Positions 1 through 14,081 of a stretch of DNA of 64,000 nt are shown here, piece after piece. The notes beneath the pieces were generated by a model that was not told the DNA's origin, ran no database searches, and worked only from the letters and a program-made list of their open reading frames with translations. Within the stretch, counting starts at the first letter, position 1, and the number at the start of each line of letters is the position of its first letter. The DNA is from Octopus vulgaris (taxonomy: Eukaryota), in the NCBI GenBank assembly GCA_951406725.2, contig OX597831.1, positions 79,112,001-79,176,000 of the forward strand. Reading direction: 5' to 3'. The translations under genes and the position numbers were made by a program.

Positions 1-197
1 GGAGGAGGGGAGAAGAAGACAGGTGGAAGAAGAGATGAGGAAAAAGAAGAAGAGAAACAAGGACATGAAGACTTAGAGGAAGAAAGAAAAGGAAGAAGAG
101 AAGATGATGATAAAAGGATGAAAAGCAAAGACAGCAGCAACGACAAGAATAAAAACAACGAATTACTTAATCATCCGATCATCCGGAATGGAGAGAA

Positions 198-198
198 A

Positions 199-255
<57 letters not shown>

Positions 256-503
256 ATTAAGGCATAAATTCGGCAAAGGAATGAAGAGAAAAGAAAGTAA
301 AAAAAAAAAATTCGAGTGAAATGTTCTGTGATGAAATGACACTTTGCGTTTGTATCCAATTCTTCAAAATTCTTGAAAGATTAGTGACAAACTGCATCGG
401 TTGAGAGGAGATAATCAGAGAAGTCTCACACCTCCACCTCCCAGGCATGCGAGAATTGCAATAACAACAACAACGAAAATTTAAATCGAAATAATAATTT
501 TAA

Positions 504-552
<49 letters not shown>

Positions 553-756
553 TTGAACTCCAACACAAAACACTACCAACGTCAAACATCATCATCATCA
601 TCATCATCATTGTCGTCGTCGTCGTAGTCTTGCTGCCATCTTTTGGTGTCACTACACCATTCTGTCATTTTCATCATTATAAATGTCTTTTTATCTATCA
701 ATCTTTTATCTGTCTATCTATCTACTTATCTATCTATCTATCTATCTATCTATCTG

Positions 757-838
<82 letters not shown>

Positions 839-913
839 AATCTATCTATCTATCAATCTTTCTCTCTCTCTCTCTCTATGTATCTATCTATCTATCTATC
901 CATCCATCCATCC

Positions 914-980
<67 letters not shown>

Positions 981-1005
981 CATCCATCCAACCATCCATC
1001 CATCC

Positions 1006-1059
<54 letters not shown>

Positions 1060-1128
1060 GTATCTATGTATCTATCTAACTATTTATGTATCTCTCCTCC
1101 ACCCACTCTCTCTGTCTGTCTCTCTCTC

Positions 1129-1190
<62 letters not shown>

Positions 1191-1237
1191 GATAGATACA
1201 TACATACACATAGATACATAGATACATAGGTTGATAG

Positions 1238-1270
<33 letters not shown>
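198..1270. repeat. Compound microsatellite block (AAAG, TAG, CAT, TCTA/TCCA, TA, AG)
   Basis: Visible tandem runs; the overlapping ORFs are IYLS/YI low-complexity translations. Confidence 0.95.
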
Positions 1271-1274
<4 letters not shown>

Positions 1275-1559
1275 CAGACATACATGCCATTCCTCTTCTG
1301 CTCTGTCGAGGTTTATAGGTTTATATTTGTTTGTGTTTTGTTTTGTATTTCTATTTCTTTATTTTATACTTTTCGGTGCCTTTTTTCCTTTTAATTTCCT
1401 TCGCCTTAAATCCGTGTTTATTTAAATCCGCGAAAATATCTACGATTTATGAAGGTTTTTTTTTGCCGTAAACAATATCTAAATCATTTGTAATCGAAGT
1501 GTGTTGAGCAGTCGAGGGTGGAGCGGCATCAGGAAGTGATGTTGATGGTTAGTGGGGGA

Positions 1560-2490
1560 GGGGGGATAATGATGACGACTATGACGATGATGATGGTGAT
1601 GATGAGGTTGACAGCGGTGACAACAACGATGATTTTGACGATAAATATGAGGACAAAGATGACGATGGGTATGATGAGGATGATGATGATGATGGTTACA
1701 CAGATGATAGCGGTGGTGGTGGTTGTGGTGATATAGATGATGATGATGATGACGACTACCACAACTATGACGATGATGATGACTACGACGACGACCACGA
1801 CGAAGACTTGATGATGATGATGAGGAGGAGGAGGATGATGGTGGTGATGATGATGACGACGACGACAACGATAATGATGATGATGATGATGATGATAATG
1901 TTGATGGTGATAATGATGATGATGATGGTGGTGGTGATGATGATGATGATGATGATGATAATGTTGATGATGATGATGATGACGATAATAATGACGAAGA
2001 TGATGATGATGACGATAATGATGACGATGGTGGTGATGATGATGATGAAGATGATGATGATGAGGATGAAAATGATGATGAGGATTTTGATGAAGATGAT
2101 GATGATGATGATGGTGGGGTGGTGGTGATGATGATGATGATGATGATGAAAATGATGATGATAATGATGATGATAATGATGATGATGATGATGATAATGA
2201 TGATGACGATGATGGTGATGATGATGATGATAATGATGGTGATGCCAATTATGATGTAGATGTTGATGATGACGACGGTGATGATGATGAAGGCAACAGC
2301 GAAGACGCGGATGGTGTTGCTGATGGTGATTACGATGATAATATGGAGGAACATGATGATGGCATCGATGACAACGGCGACAACGACGGCAACCGTAGTG
2401 ATAATGATGATGGTGATGATGATGATGAGGCACACCACGATGGTGATGACATCGACGACATCGATGATGACGATAATGATTGCGATTATG
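1560..2490. repeat. Degenerate (GAT)n microsatellite
   Basis: About 900 bp of GAT/GGT/GAC triplets. Confidence 0.95.
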
Positions 2491-3341
2491 ATGGAGCAAA
2501 ACAACCATATAAATATGAAAATAATGTCTAAGCTAAACCATCAACTAAACCATCAGGCAATCCGCAAATACACGACCGAAACGTCAAAATACAACAGAAA
2601 CAAACCAACAGCTAAAAACCGCTTCTCACAGATACACAAACGCACACATACACACACTCATACGCATACACACAAACACACTCATACACTCATACTTACA
2701 CAAGATCGCGCACATACACACACACACACACAAACATACAAACATATATACAAACAAACACAAACACACACACTCACAAACAAACATATACACACATCCA
2801 AATAAACAAACACACATACAAAAACACATTCACACACAAACAGACACACACACACACACACACATACAGAGACTCACACGCATAGTTCACCTTGGCACCG
2901 CGTAATCACTGACATAAACAACACAAAAAAAACATCACATCAAACGCATAAACACACACGTCATCACATTACACATACACAAAATACTCCATACACACAC
3001 ACACACACACATGAACAAGCTCTCCCCCCCCCTCTCTCTCTCTGTAAAACCGAACAAAAAACACACAAATCGTATTTAATCAAACGTTCAACGATGAATA
3101 ACAAATTGATTGTATTTCGGAAGTGATTTATCCTTTGTTGTTGGTGTTGTTGCTTTTGTTATTCGTTTTTCGTTTTGGTTGTTGTGTTGTTTTAGCTTTT
3201 GTTTTTATATTTCTTATCACTTTGAGATAGAATTTGGTGACGTACAAGAAATGGCGCTTCATTGATAAACCAACAAACAAGTCGTCGGATTGACGAGCAA
3301 AACAGTGAACAATCTGTCATAAACGTAAATATACATACATA

Positions 3342-3427
<86 letters not shown>

Positions 3428-3623
3428 TAGATATATACAAACTATTATGCTCACTGTATATATTTTATATATATGTATATATATATATAATATACATATA
3501 TATACATACATACATACATACATACATACATACATACATACATGCTATTATGCACACTATATATATTATATATATGTATGCATATATATAGATAGATTTG
3601 TACATATACATATGCATATCTAA

Positions 3624-3670
<47 letters not shown>

Positions 3671-3943
3671 TGCATAGATAGCGATATACGTATGTATGTA
3701 TATATATGTGTGTATGTGTGTGTGTGTGTGCATGTGCATACATATATATATATATATATATATAAATATATCTGTTTGCATATATATACATGTGTTTGTG
3801 TGTGTGTGCTTGTATTCTGTATATATGTGAGAATCTATGTATATATGCACTATGTAAATGGGTACGTATGTATATATATATATATATGTGTCTCTGTATG
3901 TATATATATATGTATACATGTACGCATATGTATGTATGTACAC

Positions 3944-3974
<31 letters not shown>

Positions 3975-4456
3975 TGTATGTATGTATGTATGTATGTATG
4001 TATGTATGCATGCAGATAAATCTTTTTGCGGGTAGAAGAAATCTCCTGATCGGAATTAGTTTAATTCCTTATCGATTAAGTAAACTTGCAGGGAAATTAG
4101 TTTCATTCCTTGTAATTTGTTTCCGATGCCGAATTATTGACGGAAACATTAAAGTACGGTGAGGAAACCGACTTCCGTTGGATGGCCACGTTTTTACATT
4201 CGAAGTTCAAATTTCACCTTCATTGATTTTGCCTCTGTTTTTTTTTTTTCCGATGGTCGATAAAATTAAAGGGTCTGTCCAACTTTGGACTAGCGTTACG
4301 TATTCCAGTTGTTTAAAATTTGACAACTCGAGTGCTAATCTAGTTTGATCTCTGTCTTTATCTTGGCTAACTTCGATGCTGTAGTGAGGGGAATTTTGGT
4401 GCATGGGTTAACTATTAGGCCGCCGTATGAAACAAACTTGTGTATATAGGATGATT

Positions 4457-4660
4457 CGGCGAATTGGCAGAAACGTTAGCACGCCGGGCGAAATGCGTAG
4501 CCGCATTTATGTTCTGAGTTCACATTCCGCCGAGGTCGACTTTGCCTTTCATCCTTCGGAGTCCATAAATTAAGTACCAGTTACGCACTGGGGTCTATGT
4601 AATTGACTTAATCCCTTTGTCTGTCCCCTCTATGTTTAGCCCCTTGTGGGCAATAAAGAA
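4457..4660 (+). mobile_element. tRNA-derived SINE, family A (ggcgagctggcagaaacgttagcacgccgggcg head)
   Basis: Box A/B-like motifs (TGGCAGAA, GAGTTCA) and core ccgaggtcgactttgcctttcatcc shared with more than 10 copies in the window. Confidence 0.85.
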
Positions 4661-4940
4661 ATATATCTATATATGCAATCAACCTTAGAAAATTTCCAGA
4701 ACCACCGATTTTATTACCGGCCCCTTTTAAGAATACCATCTTCTAGTCCTTGGAGTTTAAATATCATTAACCCATTCTTACCAAATTCCAGAATTTTAAA
4801 TCTCTTTCTTGGATATATATTCTTCTTGGCACTTTGTTTTTTCTTTTTTTTTGTCTCTCGATGATGAAAAAATGTATCTCCAAGTATCTCGTTCATATTT
4901 AGTACATCAAGCTATTAGTATATATCCATAGATAATATTC

Positions 4941-5081
4941 TGTTGTGTCTGGGGAGAGTCATTTTCTTTTTGTGCCTTATAATTTAATACACTCACCGTT
5001 AAAATTTCCACTATTTTTTTTATTTTTGAGTGTGTTTAATTATAAGGCACGAAAAGAGAATGACTCACTCCAGACACAACA
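4941..5081. repeat. Imperfect inverted repeat, 55 bp arms, 31 bp spacer
   Basis: 4941-4995 is reverse-complementary to 5027-5081; a diverged single copy of the arm occurs at about 35050-35130. Confidence 0.85.
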
Positions 5082-5173
5082 AAATATGCTTCAACACACG
5101 AACTCACATAAAGAATCTTGCAAACCAAATCCAAAAACGAAACTTAGATAACATGTTTCACTGCAGTAATATA

Positions 5174-6461
5174 CGAGGGGCGTTCAATAAGTAATGCCCC
5201 TGACTCACTTTCCATAACAGTAGAGCAACGAAACTTGGCACAGTTATTAGTCTTTTTCTACATAGGAACCACCCAGAGTTACGCATTCTCCCATTGTTTG
5301 ATGCAGCTCTGGAGACCGTTTTTGTAGAAGACCCCAGCTTGGTCCTCCAACCTGAACGCGACTTCAGAAATCAAGGCTGCATCATCTGGGAAACGCTTTC
5401 CTTTCAAAAACAACTTCATGACTGGGAAGAGGTGAAAATCAGAGGGTGCAAGGTCAGGAAAGTAGGGGGATGGGGGAGGAGTTCATAGCCATACGCCTGT
5501 GCTTCTGATCTGGCGACAAGCGAGTTGTGGACCGGAGCGTTGTCCTGCAGGAGGAGGATGCCTTTGCTGATCTTGCCTTGCCTCTTGATTTTGATAACTT
5601 CTCTTAATTTCCTCAAAAGTGAAGCATAATAGGCTCCTGCAATTGTGGTACCCTTTGCCAGGAAATCTGTCATCACTACTCCGTCCTGGTCCCAGAAGAC
5701 TGTGAGCATGACCTTGCCAGCGGAGGGCTGCACCCTTGCCTTCTTTGGAGGGGGTGAGTCCCGGTGCTTCCACTGCATTGACTGGGCTTTGGACTCTGGA
5801 TCATCGTGATGGACCCAGGTTTCATCCTGTGTAATCAGTCTTTTGAAAAATTTTGACTCATCTTCTTGGCACATCTCTAAATTCACCCTCGAGCACTCGA
5901 CGCGTTCTTGCTTCTGGAAAGGCGTGAGCAACCTGGGAATCCATCTGGCAGACACCTTTTGCATATGCAAATGGTCATGAATGATAGTTTCCACAGACCC
6001 GGTACTAATCTTGACCTAATGGGCTATTTGGCGAATAGTTATGCGTCGATCTTCCAAAATGGCAGCCTCAACTTGACGGACAGATGCCTCATCAATGGCA
6101 GAAGGGGCGACCAGATCTGGGAGCTGTTTCCACAGAGTTCCGACCATGTTTGAATTCACGATGCCAGCGTTTTACAAGGTCATATGATGGGGCATCATCA
6201 CCATAAGTTACTTTCATTTCATCAAAAGTCTCCCGTGGTGTGCGTCCTTTCAAATACAAAAACCGGATCACTGCTCGACACTCAACAGGCTCCATTTCAC
6301 ACTTGACTCGTTCAAACACCTGTAAATCAGAAACCACAATTAATTCAGAGCTGTAATTTGCCACTTACTCTATAGAGATATAAATGACTGCACATGCAAA
6401 ATTTCAGCTAGATCAAACAAATGCAAGTGTGTCAGAGGCATTACTTATTGAACGGCCCTCG
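5174..6461 (-). mobile_element. Full-length mariner (DD34D) transposon, 1288 bp
   Basis: 31 bp TIRs cgaggggcgttcaataagtaatgcccctgac / gtcagaggcattacttattgaacggccctcg (2 mismatches); TA target duplication at 5172-5173 and 6462-6463. Confidence 0.95.
5247..6295 (-). pseudogene. Mariner transposase, frameshifted
   Basis: HTH N-terminus MEPVECRAVIRFL..PRSGRP, WIPRLL, ITQDETWVHH, LLQDNAPVH, and frameshifted HPP-PDLAPSDF; split over at least 3 frames. Confidence 0.92.
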
Positions 6462-6589
6462 TACCAATGCTGTCAAAGCCGTAGAACTTCGCTTCCATGC
6501 ATTGAGAGAGCCACAAAGCATAGATTCTCATTCGTTGAGACGGAAGAGTAAACTCACTTTCCTGGATTCTGTGTTTAAGGGCCAACTTT

Positions 6590-8330
6590 ATATAAAAGTA
6601 CTTTCTGGGGTTACTTAACATTGTCATATCCTATTTCTATTTAGTGTATTTCAGGATTTCTTTTTCTTTATTTCCTTCTTTTTGATAAAGAACTTCTCCG
6701 AAACTTTATACGTTCTTAAAAAGTTCGTCAATGGCAGTATGCAGACAACAAATAGAAAAGCCGATAGACTGTCCCCTTGAAAGATTCCTTTTTTTGATAT
6801 TTACCTCTCCCAGCTTATCTGTCTGCGCTGTGAGTTCAGTTCGCCACGTAGGCATTGAGTTTCGTATTAACGTCAGGATATTGTGTGAGACCTTGAGCAG
6901 TTGAAGTCATTCAGTAATCCCCGGGTGTAAGGCGGCGAGCTGGAAGAAACGTTAGCGCACCGGGCGAAATGCTTTGCATTATTTCGTCTGTCTTTACGTT
7001 CTGAGTTCAAATTCCGCTGAGGTCGACTTTGCCTTTCATCCTTTCGGGGTCGATAAATTAAGTACCAGTTGCGTACTGGGGCCGATCTAATCGAGTGGCG
7101 CCCCTCCTCAAAAATTTCGGGCCTTGTCCCTAGTAGTAGGAAAAAAAATCCACGAGTGTGGGACCATGTCATCTGCTTTCCTGCAGTCCAGCCATGCCAT
7201 CGCCAGATTGTTGTGTCTCTTCTTGCAATTCAGCTAGGATAGTCTTATTGATTAGTAATTGATCCTTCGTTCCTCTGCTCTTAGGTCTGCGCACTTTTTT
7301 TCCACTGGTAGTAGATCGTTATCATCTAGGTACTTATAGATGCTGTTTGATATGATGCCCGTCATCAGTTTCCTCATCAGTGGCAGACAAGATATTGGTC
7401 AGAAATTTCCAACAACATTCCCTTTACTTAGGTTCTTCTGGTATAATACAACATTGGTTCCCTTTCTCCTCAGCCTGTTCTTGCTCTCTAGTTCAACATA
7501 TTTCTCTCGCTGAACTTCATTTCTCTTTTTCCGTTCCAGAATATTAATGTTTTCTAATCTCGTTAAAAGACGACGTTATTCTCCTTTTCCACCGTAATTC
7601 CTCCAGATCATGTTCACATTTACCTTTAGCTTTCAAACCTAACTTCCGGGCTAAAGAGATGGAGATTTCATCAGATTGTTGGTATCTGTGATATTGTCAG
7701 TCACGATATCACCAATGATGTCATTTATCTTCCTGACCCATTCGTTGAGTTTCTTTCTGTCTACTTTTTTAAACCCCGTATGAAAGCTCTATTCACCAGA
7801 GGTCCAAATATCAATGATTTCATTTTAAATGGATTTTTGTACCTCGGTTCTCTCATCGCTTTCCTGATCAATACTCTCAGCCTCCACTGCCATAGTTTCA
7901 CTATCTGCATTCACTCTCCCATCATTCCTTTCACCGCTGGTCTTACTATCCCTTAGCACCTGTCTCTTAATGCTTTCTGGAGATAAACATTCATTCTTTC
8001 TGATGGCTCCAGCTTTGTCACACAGATTTTCTTCACTTACTTCAAATAGGACTCTGTCGCTCCATGCCCTGTGCATTATTTTCCTATATCCCCTAACGGG
8101 TACTTCATTATCATTTCTCGGATTACCCAGAAAGCAGCACTCCATTACAACCACATTAATTTCTTTCGTCCACCTTCTTTTAGCAGTTGCTTGATGACGA
8201 CTGGGCCCACGCGACATACCTTCACAAGGTGTTCCAGCCTCCTTCACGCCGTTCGCATTTCTATCACTGACAGAACCTCCATCCTAAGATATGCGATTCT
8301 TGTAATCCTGGTTTAATTTTAGGAGTTTCC
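6590..8330 (-). mobile_element. Dong/R4-clade RLE LINE, decayed 5' and RT part, interrupted by a SINE
   Basis: N-terminal KRRWTKEINVVVMEC..GYRK; RT motifs GNF*PISCLPLMRKLMTGII (about 7350-7412), NLAMAWLDCRKADDMVPHSWI (about 7150-7210), GIFQGDSLS (about 6760-6790). Confidence 0.8.
6929..7140 (+). mobile_element. SINE family A inserted in the LINE
   Basis: Near full-length match to the other family A copies. Confidence 0.9.
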
Positions 8331-8356
8331 GTCTCCTAGAAGGGGTGTTCAAGCGT

Positions 8357-8930
8357 TATTATTGCTTACAGCTTCTTACGCTGGAGATGTACTACGATGT
8401 CAGCTGTTCACTACCAGTGATCTAAGGTAACACCCCTTATTTTACGAGCACCTTCCGGAGTATTCGAGCAGTTCAAAGCAGTGCTATTTTCTGTAAATGC
8501 TCCACCCTTATTGCAGCCCCTATTTGTTCCATATACTTCTCAAGATTTTTGCTCACTGTTCCCATGGCTCCTACAATTATTGGTACTACTACCACCTTTT
8601 TCATTGACCACAACTGCTTTACTTCCCAAGCTAACCTGTCATACCTATCGACTTTTCTTTCTTCCTTATCGCATACCTTGTTGTCAGCTGGGCATGCTAT
8701 ATCTATGATCCGGCATAGTTTGCTTTCTTTCTCAATTAAGACTATGTCTGGTTTCCTATTCTCTATCTCATGGTCGCACTGCGTCATAAAATCCCATAGG
8801 ATCTTTGCATTTCTATTTTCGACAATGCCTTCAGGTTTGTGGTCGTACCAATTTTTTGCTCTGTCAAGTCCATACTTGTTGCAAAATGTCCAATGGACAA
8901 GCCTGGCTATATTGTCGTGGCGTCTCATAT
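8357..8930 (-). mobile_element. Dong/R4 LINE 3' end: restriction-like endonuclease and 3'UTR
   Basis: RRHDNIARLVHW, ILWDF, RKPDIVL, IIDIACP, K..RY; 3'UTR closely similar to 56236-56310; ends in a short TAA run. Confidence 0.9.
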
Positions 8931-9159
8931 TTCTTCGGGGCTAGTGGCGTACATTATTTTTTTCCTTCTTCAAATATTTTTCCATTTCTCGCCGAGTGTT
9001 TTCGGTACAGAAGCTCATTCTATGCATTCCCAGATCACACACGCAAATTCACAGGTAAAATATATTTTTAAAAAAATACATAAACAGATAAATAAATTCA
9101 TGGATGGATGTTGTTTTCACAGCGATAATGCTCTTCTTAGTGCATGAGTCGTTCCAGTT

Positions 9160-9813
9160 AACACACATTTTTGCACTTCCTGTAGGGAAGGTAAGCCTGG
9201 TATCATTTTCAAATAGGTTTCAGTACCTTTTCTTTTATCATTCCTAGAGGTCCTACAATCACTGGTACTGTAGTCGCCTTGAGACGCCACATTTTTTCAA
9301 TTTCTATTAGCAGGTCTTTATATTTACTAATCTTGTCAAATTCTTTCGCCGCTATATTGTGATAGCAAGGAAAACTCATGTCCATTAATAAACATCTTTT
9401 TTGTCTGATCTTTTATAATAATATCCGGTTTATTAGCTTTTATAGTCTTGTCGGTCTGTACGGGGAAGTCCCATAGAATCGACACATTTTCTCCCTCAGG
9501 CACGGCTTCAGGATGGTGTTTATACCATTTGTCAGCGGTTTTGATTTTATAATGCCGACATATTGTCCAATGTAAATACTGGCCGACTCTGTCATGTCTT
9601 GCTTTATATTCTGCAGGTGCTAAGACTCTACACCCTGAGATTTGATGGTCTATTGTTTCAATCTCATCGTTACAGAATCGGCATTTTGGGTCAGCTCCAT
9701 TTTTTATCACATTGGCTTGGTAGTTCCGGGTTAATAAGCTTTGGTCTTGAGCAGCTAATAGGAAATCTTCACTTTCTGCTTTTAGCCCTGAGCTTCGTAA
9801 CCATTGGTGCGTG

Positions 9814-9815
<2 letters not shown>
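9160..9815 (-). mobile_element. Second Dong/R4-type LINE fragment (CCHC zinc knuckle plus RLE)
   Basis: AAQDQSL, CRFCNDEIETIDHQISGC, RHDRVG, ILWDF, NKPDII; abuts a (TAA)n tract. Confidence 0.88.
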
Positions 9816-9893
<78 letters not shown>

Positions 9894-9897
9894 TACT

Positions 9898-10107
9898 AAG
9901 GAGGTGAGTTGGCAGAATCGTTAGCACACAGGGTGAAATGCTTTAGCGGTATTTCGTCTGGCGCTACGTTCTGAGTTCAAATTCCGCCGAGTTCGACTTT
10001 CATCCTCTTGGGCTCGATAAAATAAGTACCAGTTGAGCACTGGGGTCGATGTAATCGACTAACACCCTTCCCCAAAAATTTTCAAGGCCTCGTGCCAAGA
10101 GTAGAAA
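9898..10107 (+). mobile_element. SINE family A
   Basis: Shared head and core sequence. Confidence 0.85.
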
Positions 10108-10149
10108 TAGCTATTATTATTATTATTATTATCATTATTATTATTATTA

Positions 10150-10347
10150 TTGAGTGAGAGAGCAGTGCATGCCATCAAAGTGACACTGTGGTAAAATATA
10201 CGAAGCCCAATATACCCATCATGACTACCCGTCTGATAAAGGTACACCAGGCACATGCATCACAACCATATGTGCGCGACATGGTGATCTCATATCAAGA
10301 TAAACAGCACATGACCTTGCAGGTGGGGCCCAGTTAGAATTTTCTTC

Positions 10348-10438
<91 letters not shown>

Positions 10439-10933
10439 TTTATCATTATTATTATTGAGTGAGAGAGCAGTGCATGCCATCAAAGTGACACTGTGGTAAA
10501 ATATACGAAGCCCAATATACCCATCATGACTACCCGTCTTATAAAGGTACACCGGGCACATGTATCACGACCATATGTGCGCAACATGGTGTTCTTATAT
10601 CAAGATAAACAGCACATGACGTTGCAGGTGGGGCCCAGTTAGAATTTTCTTCTGGTCGAGTAGCCTATTCCACTCAAAAGGTCCCTGAATAAGGATTATT
10701 TAAGCATGTTGAACGAAACACCCATGTTTCCAAAGGCGAATTAGTCAAGCCCCAAAGAATCCCTCTCAACACATGGCTATGATGCTCCCCCACTACCTCT
10801 GCTCGTGATCAGAGATGCACATATCGTCAGCCACTAAGGGACATACTCAACTGGTTAAGGTCAAACAACTGACGAGCAAATCTGTGGTATTGAGCAGAAT
10901 ATTTGCTGTAGCCAATCTTTTATACCAAGACAA
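10150..10933 (-). mobile_element. Two tandem copies (10150-10348 truncated, 10454-10933) of a non-coding element embedded in (TAA)n
   Basis: About 200 bp direct repeat ttgagtgagagagcagtgcatgcc..; a third copy in the opposite orientation at 35790-35946, also adjoining (TAA)n. Confidence 0.75.
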
Positions 10934-11002
10934 ATTATTATTATTATTATTATTATTATTCTTATCATGATTATTAATATTATTATTATTATTCTTATCA
11001 TG

Positions 11003-11076
<74 letters not shown>

Positions 11077-11134
11077 CATTATTATTATCATTATTATTAT
11101 CATTATTATCATTATTCTTATTATTCTTATCATG

Positions 11135-11199
<65 letters not shown>

Positions 11200-11248
11200 C
11201 ATTATTATTATCATTATTATCATTATTATTATTATTATTCTTATCATG

Positions 11249-11319
<71 letters not shown>

Positions 11320-11365
11320 CATTATTATTATCATTATTATCATTATTCTTATTATTCTTATCATG

Positions 11366-11433
<68 letters not shown>

Positions 11434-11482
11434 CATTATTATTATCATTATTATCATTATTATTATTATTATTCTTATCATG

Positions 11483-11517
<35 letters not shown>

Positions 11518-11566
11518 TATTATTATTATTATTATTATTATCATTATTATTATTATTATTATTATT
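10934..11566. repeat. (TAT)n microsatellite with higher-order periodicity
   Basis: Marker cttatcatg recurs at about 10961, 10994, 11126, 11240, 11357, 11474. Confidence 0.9.
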
Positions 11567-11625
11567 CTATTGCTACTAATGCAACTATTTGTAACGCACC
11601 AACAACTGCAGCAGCAGTAAAGCAG

Positions 11626-11663
<38 letters not shown>

Positions 11664-12275
11664 TCTTTAACTCTCAACCTACTTTGGTGACATTATCGAT
11701 TGAGGAGTACGCGTTAATCCGTCGCCTTGAACATGTCACATGGCACTGAGATTATATTTTACGAGATTAGTGATGGGCGCTAGAGGTCGCTGGGGCGTAC
11801 GTCTGTATGTGTATACATGTGTGAGTCTTTGCATTCATATGTACGCGCGAGTGTGTGTGTATGTGTGTGTGTATCTTTATGCAGGCGGTGGTAATGGTGA
11901 TGCTGCCGGTGGTGGTGGTGGTGGTGGTGGTGGTCGTCGTCGTCGTGGTAGATGTGACAATTTGCGTTAACATAATCGTTGTTATTGTTCTGGTTGTTGT
12001 TGTACATGAGCGTAACATTTTTTTATCTCGTTTAGTCGCTGATTTTTGATGTTCTTATTATTGTTATTGTTGTTAGTATTAATGCCCCTGTTGTTGTTAT
12101 TATTGCTGTATTTTTCAGTTCTTACTTTTCTTACTATCGTTTCTATTATTTTGTCATTGCCGTTGTTGTTGTTGTTATTATTATTATTGTTATTATTATC
12201 ATTATTATTATTAATATTGTTATTATCATTATTATCATTTATATTATAATCATTATTATCATCATCATCATCATC

Positions 12276-12306
<31 letters not shown>

Positions 12307-12384
12307 TTATTATTATTATTATTATTATTATTATCATTATTATTATTATTATTATTATCGTCATTATTGCTATTATTATTATTA

Positions 12385-12429
<45 letters not shown>

Positions 12430-12554
12430 CATCAACATCATTATCATTATTATTATTGTTATAATTATTATTATTATCATTATTATTATTGTTGTTATTA
12501 TTATTATTATCATTATCATTATTATAATTGTTGTTATTTTTATTATTATTGTTA

Positions 12555-12596
<42 letters not shown>

Positions 12597-13432
12597 TCAT
12601 CATCATCATCATTCTACTTCTTCTTTATATTGTTATAGTTTCTGTCATTATTATCGCTTTCATTCTTGCTTGCTCGATGTTATAGCTATTGTTCTTGTTC
12701 GTGTTATTCTTCTAAATACTATCATTGTCACTATTTTCTTAATACTGCTGTCGTTTATATTGTTTTCTTTTCCATTATCTTCCTTATATTTACGGTTATT
12801 ATTGTGACTACTGCCGTTTTAATTGTTATTTTTAATATCGCTGTAATTCTTGTTATAGCTGACATTGTTGTCCTTACAGCCGTTTCTATTGTTGTTGTTG
12901 CTACTTTTAGTTATGTCGCTGTTAATGCTGTTGATATTATCGTTATGGTTATTGTAACTGCTATAACAATTTTTGCTGTTGTTATTGTCGTCATCCTCGT
13001 TGTTGTTGCTGTTGTTACTCTGTTTGTTGTTGTTGTTGTTGTTGTGACTCTGGTTGCTGTTGATGTTGTTGCTGCTGCTGTTGTTGTTTTTATGATCATT
13101 GTTATTACTTAAAACGTATTTCGCTTTGAATTCCATTTTTGAATTGAACAGTGATCGCTGATTTTTTGGTGTACTCTTGGTATTATTGTTGCAGTTGCAG
13201 TTGTTGTTTTTGTTTTGTTGTTGCTGCTGCTAGTGCTGTGGAAGATGATTATGATGATGAAGAAGAGAAATGAAAGGGGGGAAAAGAATAAGCATAACGA
13301 TGACGGCATTGACGATAACAATGGAAATGACAATGTGATTGTGAAAGAGAGATGGACGACGATGAGAGATGACGATTATATAAATGTGTTGATGATGATG
13401 ATGGTGATGACGACGACGACGACGACGACGAC

Positions 13433-13470
<38 letters not shown>

Positions 13471-13500
13471 CGATGATGACGATGATGATGATGATGAAGT

Positions 13501-13540
<40 letters not shown>

Positions 13541-14021
13541 GATGATGATGATGATGATAGTGGTGGCGGTGGTAGCGGTGGTGGCGGTGGTGGGGTTGCT
13601 AGCGGTGGTGGTGATGGTGGTGGTGATGGTGGTGATAATGATGGTAATGATGACGATGACGATGACCAGGAGTTGATGGTGATAATGATGGTGTTGGTGA
13701 TGGGGACGATGAACATGACGGTGACGACGGTGAGATGATGACGACGACGACGAGGAGGAGAAGGATGAGGAGGAGAGGAGCAAAACACTTCATTTCGATC
13801 AAGGAGGAGTGCTGTGTTGGCCTGCTCACCTAGCCAATGAGGTCGCGTTATTCGAAGGATAATACAATGCCAAAGCGCATTATGACCAGTAATGCGTGAC
13901 AACATCTGTTAACCAGGTCAGTCGAGATCACCTGATGTGTGTGTGTGTGTGTCCATCCCCTATCACTATAGCCAACAACCTACTGGCAACAACAACATAC
14001 CAAGACTAACCGATTATGTTT

Positions 14022-14081
14022 AGCGAAGTATTATATTTAAAACAAGACACCCAATGCGATGCATTCTACATCGGAGAATGC
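14022..14081 (+). pseudogene. Penelope-like GIY-YIG endonuclease relic
   Basis: Translates SEVLYLKQDTQCDAFYIGE, matching the PLE spacing VxYxxxCxxCxxxYIGE with the first Cys replaced. Confidence 0.55.

Noticed and set aside
4118-4155. TTT-CCGATGC-CG..CG-GAAA-CA-TT-AAA hammerhead-like motif
   Set aside because: Two core changes; better explained as a simple tgtttccg/cggaaaca hairpin
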